A stretch of 64,000 nucleotides of DNA from Rhodospirillales bacterium (GTDB taxonomy: Bacteria; Pseudomonadota; Alphaproteobacteria; Rhodospirillales; Defluviicoccaceae), in contig JADJRE010000014.1 of NCBI GenBank assembly GCA_016712375.1, forward strand, positions 17,768 to 81,767, in the 5' to 3' direction. The notes beneath the pieces were generated by a model. The model was not told the DNA's origin and searched no databases. It was given only the letters and a program-made list of their open reading frames with translations. Shown here one piece after another: positions 30,536 to 42,019 of the stretch. How positions within the stretch are numbered: the first letter of the stretch is position 1; the number at the start of each line of letters is the position of its first letter. A program made the translations under genes and the position numbers.

Positions 30536-30886
30536 ATGAGAACCATCGCCCTTGTCTCTCTCGCCGTTCTCGCCGCGGTCGCCCCGGGCGGCGAACTCAC
30601 CTCCTCCGCCATCGCCGCGCCCGCAGCCGGAGCCGAGCTCTCCTGCGTGATGCTACTGCCCGACGACGGAGGTACGCTGATCAACCGCTGCGAAAGCTGT
30701 CGCGAAGTGACGCTCGAGCGAATGCGCTTGGGCGAGAGCATTCCCAACATCCGGGCGATGATGCTGCCGGGCGACGCTTCCACCGTCATGCCGTTCCGCG
30801 GCCCCGGGCGCACTCGGATAATCGGCGAGCGCGCCTGCCCACCACCCCCCGGCCGGGCCATGCAGCAGGCGGTACTCAGCCGCTAG
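30536..30886 (+). CDS. hypothetical secreted Cys-containing protein
   Basis: ATG 30536 within ORF 30470..30886. Signal-like MRTIALVSLAVLAAVA. No family recognised. Confidence 0.4.
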   Translation: MRTIALVSLAVLAAVAPGGELTSSAIAAPAAGAELSCVMLLPDDGGTLINRCESCREVTLERMRLGESIPNIRAMMLPGDASTVMPFRGPGRTRIIGERACPPPPGRAMQQAVLSR

Positions 30887-30928
30887 TTGCTTCCGCTGCG
30901 AGTTGACGCCCACCATCCAAGGCCTCGC

Positions 30929-31648
30929 TCAACGGAGTAATGGCGAAGCGGGCGCGTAGACGCGCGCCTTTGCCGATTTCCAGGCAAGTTCGCCTGCAAA
31001 GATCTGCTTGCTGGCCTCGCACAGTACCACGCCCGCGAAGCTGGTGAACCAGCGCTGGCCGATTTCCTCCATGGCAACAGCGGAGGACAACAGCATGCGG
31101 GAATGTACCGGCGGAACATAGAGCGCCGTCGCCGAGCGATAAGGTGTAAACATCGCGTCGCGCAGAGTTCGCGACAACTGCGCCGTGGTGTATGGATGGC
31201 CGTGGCCGAACGGCGTACGCTCCAACTGCGCCCATAACCCCCGGCGGTTCGGCGCAATAACGATCAGCCGGCCGCCATCTGCCAGCACCCGCCAGATCTC
31301 GCGCATCATCGATCTTGTGTGTCCGGCGCATTCCAGCGCATGCACCAGCAGGATGCGGTCAACGCTTCGGTCAGCAAGGGGTAGCGTCGTCTCCTCGGCG
31401 AGCAACGCGAGGTTGGGCGAGTCGTTTGGCCAGTGCAGCACGCCCTGCGCCGCCGGCATCAGCGCCAACACGCGCTGCGCTTCAGCACGGAAGACACCGA
31501 GAAAGGGTGCTGCGTAGCCGAGGCCAACAATATTCGAGCCGCGCACGTCCGGCCAAAAGGCGCGGATACGGCGACCGATCATCCGCCGGGCGACCCTCCC
31601 GAGGCCGGACGCGTAAAAATCGCGCAAATCTACGGCGTCCATCCACAT
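30929..31648 (-). CDS. class I SAM-dependent methyltransferase (type 11)
   Basis: IVGLGYAAPFL...DRILLVHALE...GGRLIVIAPNRRG. Divergent from gloB, which is a common alphaproteobacterial arrangement. Confidence 0.75.
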   Translation of the reverse strand: MWMDAVDLRDFYASGLGRVARRMIGRRIRAFWPDVRGSNIVGLGYAAPFLGVFRAEAQRVLALMPAAQGVLHWPNDSPNLALLAEETTLPLADRSVDRILLVHALECAGHTRSMMREIWRVLADGGRLIVIAPNRRGLWAQLERTPFGHGHPYTTAQLSRTLRDAMFTPYRSATALYVPPVHSRMLLSSAVAMEEIGQRWFTSFAGVVLCEASKQIFAGELAWKSAKARVYAPASPLLR

Positions 31649-31740
31649 TGCTCGGCAATCTAGCGCAGCGCAGCGCCGCGATGATAGTCTCGCATCTGTA
31701 GACGGCGCGGCGGGCGCGCCGGCAGCGACCCGGGATCGCC

Positions 31741-32511
31741 ATGGCCGGTTTACGCATCGAGCAGATCCAGGTGCTCCGGGATAACTATGTCTACCTGTTA
31801 CGCGACGAAGATACGGCGGCCTGCGCCGCGGTCGATCCGTCGGTGGCGGCGCCAGTGCTGATTGCGCTTGACCGGCTAGGCTGGACCCTGACGCATATCT
31901 TCAACACCCACCATCACCACGACCATACCGGCGGCAATCTCGAGCTAAAGCAGGCTTGCGGTTGCACCGTCGTTGGCCACGCCCGCGATGCCCAGCGCAT
32001 TCCCGGCATTGATCTGGCGGTCAAAGACGGCGACGACGTAGCACTGGGTTCGGCGCGAGCGCGCGTGTTCGACGTTTCCGGCCATACGATGGGTCATATC
32101 GCTTACTGGTTCGAAAACGAGAGCGCCCTGTTCTGCGGAGATACGCTGTTCTCGCTTGGTTGTGGCAGGCTATTCGAAGGCACCCCGGCGAGGATGTGGG
32201 CGAGTCTCGTGAGATTGCGGGAACTGCCGGGCAACACCCGCGTCTATTGTGGGCACGAGTACACCGAGAGCAATGCCCGGTTCGCACTTAGCTTGGATGC
32301 GAACAATCTGGCGCTGCGCCGGCGCGCCGACGAGGTGCGAAGGTTGCGGGCGCAGGGGTTGCCAACGATTCCATCGCTGCTCGCCGAGGAGTGCGTTGCA
32401 AATCCGTTCTTGCGTGCCGACGATGCTCAACTACAAGCTGCCATCGGACACGCCGGCAGCGAACCCGTCGAGACCTTCGCCGAGATACGCCGGCGAAAGG
32501 ACGCCTTCTAA
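31741..32511 (+). CDS. gloB: hydroxyacylglutathione hydrolase (glyoxalase II)
   Basis: NTHHHHDHTGGN metallo-beta-lactamase motif, GHTMGHIAYW, CGHEYT and the C-terminal NPFLR motif. Confidence 0.9.
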   Translation: MAGLRIEQIQVLRDNYVYLLRDEDTAACAAVDPSVAAPVLIALDRLGWTLTHIFNTHHHHDHTGGNLELKQACGCTVVGHARDAQRIPGIDLAVKDGDDVALGSARARVFDVSGHTMGHIAYWFENESALFCGDTLFSLGCGRLFEGTPARMWASLVRLRELPGNTRVYCGHEYTESNARFALSLDANNLALRRRADEVRRLRAQGLPTIPSLLAEECVANPFLRADDAQLQAAIGHAGSEPVETFAEIRRRKDAF

Positions 32512-32560
32512 AACGCAGTCGCCTTGCCGGCCTGTTCCCCACAAGCGACGGAGATCCTGA

Positions 32561-33172
32561 ATGAAGCTCCGCTACTCGCCAACCTCGCCCTATGTCCGCA
32601 AGGTTACCGTTACCGCGCATGAGTGCGGCTTGCACGGTCGTATAGAACGGGTGCCGACCGACATCCGGGAGCCGCAAGCCGATTTTCTCAGTGACAATCC
32701 GCTCGGCAAGGTGCCGGCGCTGATAACGGACGACGGCCTGCAACTGTTTGACTCGCGCGTCATCTGCGAATACCTGGACAGCCTGCACGATGGACACAAG
32801 TTGTTTCCGGTCACCGTTCCCGCACGCTGGCGGACGCTCCGGCTGATGGCGTTGGCGGACGGCATTCTCGACGCCGCGGTGCTGCGTCGGTGGGAGACGA
32901 TGCGGCCCGAGCGAGAGCGGTCGCCGTCCTGGATCGCCCGGCAGAAGGGCAAGGAAACCCGCGGCCTCGACATGCTGGAACGGGAGGTACCGCGATTCCA
33001 TCCGCAGGTCACCATCGGCCAGATTAGCGTTGGCTGTTGCCTAGGATGGCTCGACTTCCGCTGGGGCACCGCCGACGACTGGCGTATCGGCCGCTCCCTG
33101 CTCGCCGACTGGTACAGCATGTTCATGATCCGGCCTTCGATGACCGCGACGGTTCCGCATGAGGAGGCGTAA
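32561..33172 (+). CDS. glutathione S-transferase
   Basis: YSPTSPYVRKV...NPLGKVPAL...LFDSRVICEYLD, with thioredoxin-like N and helical C domains. Confidence 0.85.
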   Translation: MKLRYSPTSPYVRKVTVTAHECGLHGRIERVPTDIREPQADFLSDNPLGKVPALITDDGLQLFDSRVICEYLDSLHDGHKLFPVTVPARWRTLRLMALADGILDAAVLRRWETMRPERERSPSWIARQKGKETRGLDMLEREVPRFHPQVTIGQISVGCCLGWLDFRWGTADDWRIGRSLLADWYSMFMIRPSMTATVPHEEA

Positions 33173-33703
33173 TCAGCAGGCGCGTTTGTGGCGGCGCGGT
33201 TTTCGGCGGGACGTCAGAGGCAGCGGCGACTTCAGGTCATCGGGGCGGCCAGCGGCTGTAAGGCTTGCTCCGTCACGCAGCGCCGCCAGTGTGCGTGCCC
33301 AGGCCTTAGCAAACTGTAGCCGCGTCTCGACCACCATGGCGACATTAAAGCCGCAGTTCAGATCCTCGACCGCGGCGGCATAAGCGGCAGCGTACAGTTC
33401 GGCGCGCGGCTGCGTTGAGATAACAAACAGCCGGTTTGCCGCCCGAACGTCCCTTGTGAGCGCGGCTAAATCGAATATGAGCGGGCCGCCGCGATCAGGG
33501 TCGCCCAGGTCATCGGCGATCAGAACGAAACGCCGTGACGCCCGTCGTGCCGCCGGAGGACTGGCACCGGCACATAGCATCTCCACTTCGAAGCCGCCGC
33601 GTCGGGCTGCGAGGAATAGTTGCCTTACGTGCTCTGGCATGTCGTCGAGGATGTCATCCGGTAGGTCTCGGAAACGCACCCAGCTCTTCGTCAGATCAGA
33701 CAT
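33173..33703 (-). CDS. hypothetical protein
   Basis: 176-codon ORF with an AT-richer promoter-like region upstream. No family recognised. Confidence 0.4.
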   Translation of the reverse strand: MSDLTKSWVRFRDLPDDILDDMPEHVRQLFLAARRGGFEVEMLCAGASPPAARRASRRFVLIADDLGDPDRGGPLIFDLAALTRDVRAANRLFVISTQPRAELYAAAYAAAVEDLNCGFNVAMVVETRLQFAKAWARTLAALRDGASLTAAGRPDDLKSPLPLTSRRKPRRHKRAC

Positions 33704-33894
33704 CGCAGCATCCTTGCATGCGATTTGTTCCTGTTATGTATCCACAGACTATCATCCTCTGGTGGCGGTGCATAGGATAATTATCTTATAAGAGGCGCTG
33801 ACCGCTGGGAGCCGCGTGTAGCGCCGCATGCAAGACTCGCGTCGCTCGTGGCAGTTTCGCGGGTAGGCTTCACTCCACGGGCCTTCCGGTTGCC

Positions 33895-35082
33895 TCAGCG
33901 TGCGGGCTTGCCGCCATTGCCGGCGGGAGCGCAGCTTCTGGCGAAGCGCTGAGCAATAGCCGTCAGCTCGGGTGCCAAAAATGTGTGTGGCAAGGTGCCG
34001 GCAGCCTTGGCGAGGATGTCGTCGAAGCACGCCTGTGCCGGCTCGCCTTCGTCCCCGCCGATCTCGCGACTGAGCAGCCGGTCAACAGTGGCCGACACCG
34101 TGGTCTCGTTCTTCGTCGCAAATGTCAGCCGCCGCCGAACGGTTCCGGTGCAGCAGGCGGCGCACAACGCGAGGCTGTCCATGGTGGCGTCAGCGAGTTC
34201 CTCGTTCGCCTCTGACAACAGGTCAAGCGGAGTCACCGCATAGTCGATTTCCGCTGATGCGGAATCGATCAGCCGCGCTTCCTCAATGCCGCCGTTGCAT
34301 CGGTCGCCGCCGCCGGCTATCAGATCCCCCGACAGCAGCACATCGGAACGATCCGCCGCCGGCGTCCGACTCAACAAGTAGAGCTCAGAGAATTGGCCGC
34401 TGCCCCCAGCGTTATACCAAACGATCGCAACATCGCGGCCGTCCGGCAGGGTGCCGACGACGCGATAGGACAGCCAGGTACCATAACCGTCGGAAGCGCC
34501 CTTCGCAGATAGCGCCCCTTGAGCCTCCTGGCTGAACGGGATGTGTCGATTTCCCCGCGCGCAAGCGGCAAGCGGAATGCGGACGCGCTGGTCGTTCGTC
34601 GTATCGGCCGGCGACTCGACATCTTGCTCGATGATGCTCCATAGGCAAGCAGGGTGGATGAAGCCCGGCTGTGCCGCGACGACCGGCGCAGCCGGCGGCG
34701 CCGAATGCGGCGCACCCAACGCGGAAAGCCGACTACGGTACATCTCGTCGAGGCAAGGCGCAGCACGCCAGCGCACTTCATCGGCCATATCGCTGCCCTT
34801 GGCCGGTACACCACAGTGCGAAAGCCGTTCCGCCAGCCACGCGCGCTGCTCTTCCAGCGCCGACTCGCGCTGCTTCGGAGGCAGGTGTTGCCGATAGGCG
34901 AGGAAGGCTGCGCCTAGCGCTCCGTCGAGCTCGATGAGCTGTGGGTCGGACCAAATCAGTGTCTCGATGGGTTGCTGTGACTGCAGGCAGTCGAAGCTCG
35001 CCTGCTGCGCCGGAACCGGTGTCGGCATGGCGGTAAGCACCACCGCTGCCGCCGTCAGCGCCCACAACCAGGATCGATCCAT
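33895..35082 (-). CDS. secreted protein with LprI/DUF1311-like N-terminal domain
   Basis: ORF 33895..35133, with the likely start at ATG 35082 (MDRSWLWALTAAAVVLTAMPTPVPAQQ). FDC...DPQLIELDGALGAAFLAY...QRAWLAERLSHC resembles DUF1311. Confidence 0.55.
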   Translation of the reverse strand: MDRSWLWALTAAAVVLTAMPTPVPAQQASFDCLQSQQPIETLIWSDPQLIELDGALGAAFLAYRQHLPPKQRESALEEQRAWLAERLSHCGVPAKGSDMADEVRWRAAPCLDEMYRSRLSALGAPHSAPPAAPVVAAQPGFIHPACLWSIIEQDVESPADTTNDQRVRIPLAACARGNRHIPFSQEAQGALSAKGASDGYGTWLSYRVVGTLPDGRDVAIVWYNAGGSGQFSELYLLSRTPAADRSDVLLSGDLIAGGGDRCNGGIEEARLIDSASAEIDYAVTPLDLLSEANEELADATMDSLALCAACCTGTVRRRLTFATKNETTVSATVDRLLSREIGGDEGEPAQACFDDILAKAAGTLPHTFLAPELTAIAQRFARSCAPAGNGGKPAR

Positions 35083-35547
35083 GCGCCATCTCCCAGCGGC
35101 GAGATCAGCCCACCCCTGTTTCACTTTCTGCACTACCGTCTCGCCGGCGTCGCAGCAAGCGCCTTAAGCCGGGAAGTTGGCCGGTGGCGGTTCGCCGGGG
35201 GCGTCGCGGCGCACTTCGCGGTTTCGATTATCGGCGCGCATCCGATTGGAAGTTCTGCTAACGAGCGATTCGCAACTGCAAGAAATCTTTAACGGGAACA
35301 GTGTTCAATGCCGCTGTAGTCTCTGGACCGATGAGTTGAGCAGAGAAGATGTACTGGAAGAATGAGGAAGGATATTGGCAATGGCCAGTCAGACGATATT
35401 ATCATTGAAGTTGGTACGGCCGGGCGGCCGGCCGATTGTCATGCGCGGCGGCCGCCGACGCTGATCGATCTAGACCACCGATTGGTGCATCGTTATCTCC
35501 ACGCAATCTACTTGATCAAAGACGCCAATGGATCACCGACAGTTGTG

Positions 35548-37464
35548 TTAACCGGTCTGCCGGATTGGTCGCGTCGCCGCCAGCAGCCAAGCGCGGGTGG
35601 CTGAATCGACAAGCGGCGCAAGCTCGCTTGCGACCCGCGCGTGGTACGAATCAAGCCATGCCGCTTCGTCATCATCGAGCATTTGATGCACAACAAGGCG
35701 CCGATCGATCGGCGCCAAGGTCAGTGTCTCGAAGCCCATCATCGCATGTTCACCACTCGATGAAGTAATCGGCGATGTGACCGCTACAAGATTCTCGATT
35801 CGAATGCCATAGGCGTCGGCCTTGTAATAACCCGGCTCGTTCGAGACCACCATCCCCGGCTGGAGCGGCTCCCGGCTCGGTAACTTGGAGATCCGTTGCG
35901 GTCCTTCGTGAACGCCGAGATAAAAGCCAACGCCGTGACCCGTGCCGTGGTCGTAGTCCAAGCCCGCCCTCCAGAGGGCGATGCGCGCCAGTGCATCCAG
36001 CTGGGAACCAGTGGTACCGCGGGGAAAGCGAGCAGTGGCAAGGGCGATGTGCCCCTTCAAGACTAACGTGAACCGCTCTCGCATCTCTTCTGTCGGCCTT
36101 CCAATGCAAACCGTTCTGGTAACATCGGTGGTGCCGTCGAGATACTGCGCTCCGGAATCGACGAGGTATAAGCTGTCCGGCTCTAGGACGGCGTCGGTCG
36201 CGCGGGAAACCCGGTAGTGCACGATCGCCCCATGCGCACCAGCTGCCGAAATCGTTGGGAAGCTTGGCCCGCGATAATGCTCGCCCGCAGCCCGGAAACT
36301 CGCCAGCCGCTCTGCTGCTGCTGACTCGCTCAGTTGTCCCGACGCGGCGGCGGTATCCAACCAGCATAGGAAGCGGCTGAGAGCGGCGCCGTCGCGCACA
36401 TGCGCTGCGCGAATGCCGGCGAGTTCCGTCGGCGTCTTCGTTGCCTTCGGAAGGGCACAAGGATCGGCAGCCGCGGCGACCACCGCACCCGCGGCGCGTA
36501 ACCGACGTGCAACCCACTCCGGCGCCGCATCCGGATCGACCCGTACCGACTTGCCCGCGCTGCCCAACATATCTAGAGCGGCGGCCAGACTGGCTGGCGA
36601 TGACGCCATGACCGCGCTGCCAAGATGCGCGTGAGCCACTTCATCGAGCTTCCGCGGGTCCACGAAAAGATGCACCCGCGCATCTCGATGCAAAAGTGCA
36701 AAACTCAACGGCAGCGGACTAAAGGGAATGTCATTGCCGCGCACATTGAGCAACCAGGCAATGCTGTCCGGCTGCGCCAAGAACGCCGCGTCTTGCTTGT
36801 CGGATCGAAGAATTTCAGCGATGCGTGACCGTTTCTCGGCCGAGGACGCGCCAGCAAAGGCGATGTCGTGCGGCACGATCGGCGTGACTGGTGGCAGCGG
36901 CTGATCGTGCCAAACGGCATCTATCGGATTACTATCGATGGCGACGGCCCGAGCCCCCGCTTTGCCACAGGCTAGGCGTAGCGCCGCTGCCTGGTTTGGC
37001 GTGTGCAGCCATGGATCGTAACCAAGCCGCCCTTTGGCTGCAGCGTCGCAGACAGCCATTCGCCCATCGGCTGGTGCGTCGCATGACGAATTTCGAACAA
37101 CCCGCAGTGTACCTCCGTCGCTGCTTGTGTCGTATAGCGGCCGTCAACGAAGAGCACGGCGCGATCACGCAACACGACCGCGGTGCCGGCCGAACCCGTG
37201 AAGCCCGAAAGCCAGGCCAGTCGTTCCGACCGGGCAGCAACATATTCGCCCTGGTGTTCGTCGCCCCCGTGGGATAACGAACCCAGCCAACCGTCGCCGC
37301 CGCAATTCGGAGCGTAGCGCCGCCAGCCGCACAGCAGTTTCGGAAGAGGTGGCTGCACCGGCCGCGTTCAACGCCGGCCGCGACAGCCGTGCCCGCTCTT
37401 CGACCATCAGCGTCGTCAGGGCCTTCCGCAGCGCATCTGTTGGTTCCTCTGCAAAGAGCGACAT
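35548..37464 (-). pseudogene. pepP: Xaa-Pro aminopeptidase (M24B, PepP family), frame broken twice as sequenced
   Basis: N-terminus in ORF 37165..37464 (...LAGFVIPRG). Middle in ORF 36972..37358 (DEHQGEYVAARSERLAWLSGFTGSAGTAVV...FVDGRYT). Remainder in ORF 35548..37059 (RLGYDPWLHT...DSGAQYLDGTTDVTRT...HGTGHGVG..HE...SNEPGYY). Breaks are near 37260 and 37035. Confidence 0.85.
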
Positions 37465-37627
37465 CCACGAATCCGGATGAGGCTCGGAGGGTTCGCGGCA
37501 ACACCGCGAATTAACTCAAGCACTTCCTCCGTATGCAGTCGAGCGCCGCTGACCGTCAGCAAGGAACGCGAGACCGTTTTGATCGAGCCGCTGTTGGTTC
37601 ATGCGCTGGTTGTTGTCGAAGCGGCGT

Positions 37628-38023
37628 TCATTTCGGGGCGCTGGAGGCCGGCGCCGCCCCGGGCGCCCCTGCCTCCGCGTCGGTAGATTCAGACGCTGGC
37701 ACCTGCTTGTAGCCACGACCGCGCATGCAGCTCGCGAACAGCTGGCTTTGCCGCTGCTGCGCCGAGCCGCGATCCATTTTCCCGGTCCCTTGGCTGCTTG
37801 GATTGTTATTCATCGTGCGCGCCGACTGTTGGTCCAGTGTATAGTCGCGATCCGCTTGTACCCGCGCCTGTTGCTGACACTGGGCCCGGTCGGAGTCCCA
37901 CTGCTCGCGCGGAACGTCGGCATTTTCCCAGACCGTCGGGGACGCGCACGCCGTCGCAAGTGACGACAGCAGTATAGCTTGCAGCCACGACTTCCTTGCC
38001 GATTCCAATCCTCTGCGACGCAT
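37628..38023 (-). CDS. small lipoprotein (hypothetical), paralogous to 42020..42406
   Basis: Lipobox LSSLATAC. The mature part starts SPTVWENAD and ends LFASCMRGRGYKQVP. Confidence 0.5.
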   Translation of the reverse strand: MRRRGLESARKSWLQAILLSSLATACASPTVWENADVPREQWDSDRAQCQQQARVQADRDYTLDQQSARTMNNNPSSQGTGKMDRGSAQQRQSQLFASCMRGRGYKQVPASESTDAEAGAPGAAPASSAPK

Positions 38024-38121
38024 CCCGCTATCCTAACCGATTGATTGGCGCCTGCTGACCCTACCTTCTTGCGCCGGGCGCGGCAACGCCGGACGGCGGT
38101 GAGCCGGTAACGGTCGCCCGT

Positions 38122-39138
38122 TCAGGTCGCCACAAATTTGGCAACGACCGGAGCGTGGAAGGACTCAGGGCTGCCGCGAACGGCATGCGCGGTGACCAAT
38201 TCATCGCCGAGTGCTTCGTTGTGGATCTCGACGCTGCGATACCATCCCAGCAGCGACCGCGAAACAAGCAGATGGTCGAGCATCTGCGGCCGGCCGTGAT
38301 GGAGAACAGAAAATCGCCGGGATTGCGCAACAGAGCGCTCTACCGGAACCAGAGTACGCGCTGCCAGATGCGGGTTGCCGGCATCTTCCTCGTCACCACG
38401 TATCGTACGCACCGGCGTCTGGTGGATGTCGGCGTTGAAGTCGCCGCAAACGCAGACGAGCGCATCTGGATCGTCATCGAAGATGGCATCGACCAGCAGT
38501 CGCGCCTCTAATGCCTGGCCGGCGCGCTTCATCGACGCCAGAAAGAAACCCTCTGCCCATCCCCGCATGCTGCGCCACGTCTGCGAGTCCGCCTTCTGTC
38601 CCTCGACGAAGGCGGCGCGCGAAGCACGAAGATGGACCGCCACGATGTGCAGTGGCCTGTCGCCGCCGATGTCGAGGATGATGTGCAAAATAGGCCGATC
38701 CCATTCGATGGCTTGGCTTTGCTTCATACGGGGTGCATCGGCGGTTGGGTCGGCGGCTGCCTCCTCTCTTGCCTCGAGTGGTTGATAGGATGGTGGTGCC
38801 ACCAGATCGTGCAAAATCTGCCGCTGGCCGATGATCGGATAGCGGCTGAGAACGACTAGATTGTGTTTATCGCGGACCTCGCCGCTGCTGCGGCTGAGCG
38901 TGCTTGCTCGGCCGAAATCCTGGTAGGGCGTGCCTTCGAGCAGTGCGTCGAGCGCATAAAGTCGGCGGTGGCCGCCTTCCGGCCGTTGACCGTCGATCTC
39001 TTGCAGGCAAAGCACATCGGCTCGTAGTCGTAGCAGTTGCGGTCGCAGCACCCTGATGCGCTCCTGCAGGTCCGCACCCGAGGCAACGGGCTTTCCGAGA
39101 TTTTCGAGGTTAAAGGTCGCAATCCGGAAGCCGGCCAT
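38122..39138 (-). CDS. endonuclease/exonuclease/phosphatase (EEP) family protein
   Basis: IATFNLENL...LCLQE...GDFN...DHLLVS pattern of the EEP fold. Confidence 0.8.
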   Translation of the reverse strand: MAGFRIATFNLENLGKPVASGADLQERIRVLRPQLLRLRADVLCLQEIDGQRPEGGHRRLYALDALLEGTPYQDFGRASTLSRSSGEVRDKHNLVVLSRYPIIGQRQILHDLVAPPSYQPLEAREEAAADPTADAPRMKQSQAIEWDRPILHIILDIGGDRPLHIVAVHLRASRAAFVEGQKADSQTWRSMRGWAEGFFLASMKRAGQALEARLLVDAIFDDDPDALVCVCGDFNADIHQTPVRTIRGDEEDAGNPHLAARTLVPVERSVAQSRRFSVLHHGRPQMLDHLLVSRSLLGWYRSVEIHNEALGDELVTAHAVRGSPESFHAPVVAKFVAT

Positions 39139-39168
39139 CGTCGGCGTGCCTCTCCTCCGCGCCTTCTC

Positions 39169-39750
39169 TCAGCTGCGCCCAGCGAGGCAAGTGCTGAGGA
39201 ATGTTACCACCTCGGGCGCGTCCCACTTTGCGACGCCGGTAACGCGTCCGACCTCGGTGCCATCGGCAGCATAGAGGAGCGTCGTAGGCAGCCCGCCGAT
39301 GCCGGTGGCACGGGCCACTCGCGCGGTCTTGTCGACAGCAACCGGGAGGTTGCGCACGCCGTTGACCTCGTAGAAGCGGCGCACAACGGCAGCGCCTTCG
39401 CGATCGGCGGACAACGCGACAACGCGGATGCCAGTCTGCTTTGTTTGTGCCGCGAGCCGGTCAAGCGCCGGCATCTCCTCCACGCAAGGGGCGCACCAGG
39501 TTGCCCAGACGTTGACGAGGAGAGGCTCGCCACGGAGCCCGTCGAGCGGCCGGTCGGTGCCGTCGGCATCGACAAACGGAACGGCAGGCAATAGGCTTCC
39601 AGGTTTAGCCGGCTGATACTTTCCAAGCGCCGCAGGCGGCGCACTGCAGGCGGTAAGCAAGTCGGCAGCAGCGCTTGCGCGCGTAGCACCCATCGGCAGA
39701 ATAGCCAGCAGAAGCTCGAACCACAGGACACCCCAGCGCATGCCCACCAT
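39169..39750 (-). CDS. tlpA: thiol:disulfide interchange protein TlpA (periplasmic thioredoxin)
   Basis: C-terminal 193 codons of track ORF 39169..40971, from ATG 39750. TM anchor, then [20 protein letters not shown] (WCxxC). Divergent from argH as in Bradyrhizobium. Confidence 0.85.
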   Translation of the reverse strand: MVGMRWGVLWFELLLAILPMGATRASAAADLLTACSAPPAALGKYQPAKPGSLLPAVPFVDADGTDRPLDGLRGEPLLVNVWATWCAPCVEEMPALDRLAAQTKQTGIRVVALSADREGAAVVRRFYEVNGVRNLPVAVDKTARVARATGIGGLPTTLLYAADGTEVGRVTGVAKWDAPEVVTFLSTCLAGRS

Positions 39751-39777
39751 CAAATCTACCTCCACCCGGAGTGTCCG

Positions 39778-41193
39778 GTGAGCAAGGATCACCGTGTACC
39801 GCCAGCCGATGTCAGCCGCATTTGGGGTGGTCGCTTTGATGCGGGCCCGGCGGCAATCATGGAATCCATCAACGTCTCGATCGATTTCGATGCGCGCTTG
39901 ATCGAACAGGACATTGCCGCCTCGCAGGCGCACGCGGCGATGCTGGCGCAGCAGGGGATTATATCGCAAGCGGACGCTCAAGCCATCCTTGGCGGACTCG
40001 AACACGTGCTCGAAGAGGTAAAAGGGGGTCGGCTCTCGTTCTCCCGGACGCTCGAGGACGTCCACATGAATGTCGAGGGACGGCTGGCCGAGCTGATCGG
40101 AGAAGCCGCGGGCAGGCTTCATACGGCGCGATCGCGCAACGATCAGGTGGCGACTGATTTCCGGCTTTGGGTGCGTGACGCCATCGACGCTCTGGATCGG
40201 GCAGCGCGCGACCTGCAGGCGGCGCTGATTGGCCGTGCGGAGGAACATGCGTCGACGGTCATGCCGGGCTTCACCCACCTGCAAGCGGCGCAGCCAGTAA
40301 CCTTGGGCCATCACCTGCTGGCCTACGTTGAGATGCTGGGACGCGACCGCGGGCGGCTGTCCGATTGCCGCGCTCGATTGAACGAGAGCCCTCTGGGCGC
40401 GGCGGCGCTGGCCGGTACCTCGTTCCCGATCGACCGGCGCGCGACGGCCGCAGCGCTGGGATTCGATCGTCCGTGCGCGAACTCCCTGGATGCCGTCTCC
40501 GATCGCGATTTTGCGCTGGAGTTCCTGTCGGCCGGCGCGATCATGGCTATCCACCTGTCGCGGTTGGGCGAAGAGATCGTCATCTGGACCTGCGAGCGCT
40601 TCGGGTTTTTGCGCCTGGCAGACGCCTTCTCGACCGGCAGCTCGATCATGCCGCAAAAGCGCAATCCCGACGCCGCGGAATTGACCCGTGCCAAAGCCGG
40701 CAGGGTAGTTGGCGCGCTCGTAGGCCTGTTGACCGTGATGAAGGGGCTGCCGCTGGCCTATGCCAAGGACATGCAGGAAGACAAGGAACCGGTGTTCGAG
40801 GCATTCGACACGCTCTCGCTCTGCCTTGCGGCGATGCAGGGGATGATAGCGACAGCCACCGCCGATCCCGGGCGGATGCGGGCGGCGGCAGAAGAGGGAT
40901 TCGCCGATGCCACCGATCTCGCCGATTGGCTCGTGCGCATCAAGGGACTGCCTTTTCGCCGTGCCCATCACGTAACTGGCGCCCTCGTCAAGGCTGCCGA
41001 GGCAAGCGGCTGCTCGCTGGCGGCACTGCCGCTAGATTCGATGCAGGCGATCGAGCCCGCCATTGATGAGGGTGTATTCGCCGTCCTGGGCTGCGATGCG
41101 TCGGTGGCCAGCCGCACCTCCGAAGGCGGCACCGCGCCCGCTAGGGTACGGCTGGCGGCGGCGGAAGCACGGCGGCGGTTTCTCGCGCCCTGA
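39778..41193 (+). CDS. argH: argininosuccinate lyase
   Basis: WGGRF..., [22 protein letters not shown] and [12 protein letters not shown] signatures. GTG start. Confidence 0.95.
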   Translation: MSKDHRVPPADVSRIWGGRFDAGPAAIMESINVSIDFDARLIEQDIAASQAHAAMLAQQGIISQADAQAILGGLEHVLEEVKGGRLSFSRTLEDVHMNVEGRLAELIGEAAGRLHTARSRNDQVATDFRLWVRDAIDALDRAARDLQAALIGRAEEHASTVMPGFTHLQAAQPVTLGHHLLAYVEMLGRDRGRLSDCRARLNESPLGAAALAGTSFPIDRRATAAALGFDRPCANSLDAVSDRDFALEFLSAGAIMAIHLSRLGEEIVIWTCERFGFLRLADAFSTGSSIMPQKRNPDAAELTRAKAGRVVGALVGLLTVMKGLPLAYAKDMQEDKEPVFEAFDTLSLCLAAMQGMIATATADPGRMRAAAEEGFADATDLADWLVRIKGLPFRRAHHVTGALVKAAEASGCSLAALPLDSMQAIEPAIDEGVFAVLGCDASVASRTSEGGTAPARVRLAAAEARRRFLAP

Positions 41194-41334
41194 GACCCGC
41201 TGTCACCGCCCGGGTGCGGAACGCATGTTTGGCAGCCGGCTGCACGGGGGGCGTCCGCTCGCAATTCTGCTGGCACGGAAGCCTGCCGCACCTATATTGA
41301 ACGGTTCACGTCTCAGGCGCTTTGGGAGAAGCGG

Positions 41335-41598
41335 ATGATCGGCGGCTTGATATCCTTTCTGGTGGTGGGCCTTCTTGCGGGCTGGATCGCCGGCATGGTC
41401 ACGAAGGGCAGCGGCTTTGGGTTGGTCGGCAATCTGCTGTGGGGCGTGGTCGGCGCGATGGTCGGTGGCATTCTGTTCTGGCTTCTTGGACTGACGGCGC
41501 AGAACCTGATTGGTCAGATCGTGACCGCCGTAATCGGCGCGGTGATCGCCCTGTTCATTGCCGCCAAGCTGAAGAACAAGAGCAGCCCCGGCGCCTGA
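41335..41598 (+). CDS. GlsB/YeaQ/YmgE family (transglycosylase-associated) membrane protein
   Basis: 87 aa, with the Gly-rich TM pattern GLLAGWIAG...GLVGNLLWGVVGAMVGG. Confidence 0.8.
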   Translation: MIGGLISFLVVGLLAGWIAGMVTKGSGFGLVGNLLWGVVGAMVGGILFWLLGLTAQNLIGQIVTAVIGAVIALFIAAKLKNKSSPGA

Positions 41599-41724
41599 TC
41601 TGCGCCAACTGGAACATTAATCGCTTGGTCGCGTTGGGACCGCGCCCGCACCTGCTGTCCGTGCGGGACGCAGATGGTCCGCTTGGGGTCATCGGCAATA
41701 GGCGTTTTAATCGGGAGAAGGCCG

Positions 41725-41916
41725 ATGTCCCTCGTCACTGTCGTTATCGTGCTGATCATCGTTGGGGTGCTGTTGTGGCTTGCCAATACTTACATTCCAA
41801 TGGACAACAAGATCAAAACAATCCTTAATATTGTCGTTGTTATTGCAGTCGTGCTCTGGCTTTTGCAGGCATTTGGGATTTTTGGGGGTGTTCATACTCC
41901 GGCTGTAACTGGCTGA
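41725..41916 (+). CDS. small two-TM membrane protein (hypothetical)
   Basis: ATG 41725 after gggagaagg, within ORF 41674..41916. MSLVTVVIVLIIVGVLLWLANTYIPMDNKIKTILNIVVVIAVVLWLLQAFGIF. Confidence 0.5.
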   Translation: MSLVTVVIVLIIVGVLLWLANTYIPMDNKIKTILNIVVVIAVVLWLLQAFGIFGGVHTPAVTG

Positions 41917-42019
41917 GGCGGTTAGCGGGGAGGGCGCAGGGGAGTGACTCGGCGGCGGCCTGCTTAGGATGACGCTGGGACGATCGGCACCGTTACCTTC
42001 CCGCTTCCGGCCCCGGGCG

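Noticed and set aside
35362-35604. 80-aa ORF in the lower-GC gap downstream of the DUF1311-like gene
   Set aside because: No recognisable family and no clear RBS, and its 3' end overlaps the end of pepP. It could be real but I cannot support it.
39169-40971. 600-aa ORF on the minus strand
   Set aside because: The C-terminal 193 codons are tlpA. The upstream 400 codons are an antisense shadow of argH (39778..41193, unambiguous lyase motifs) with low-complexity Arg-rich composition.
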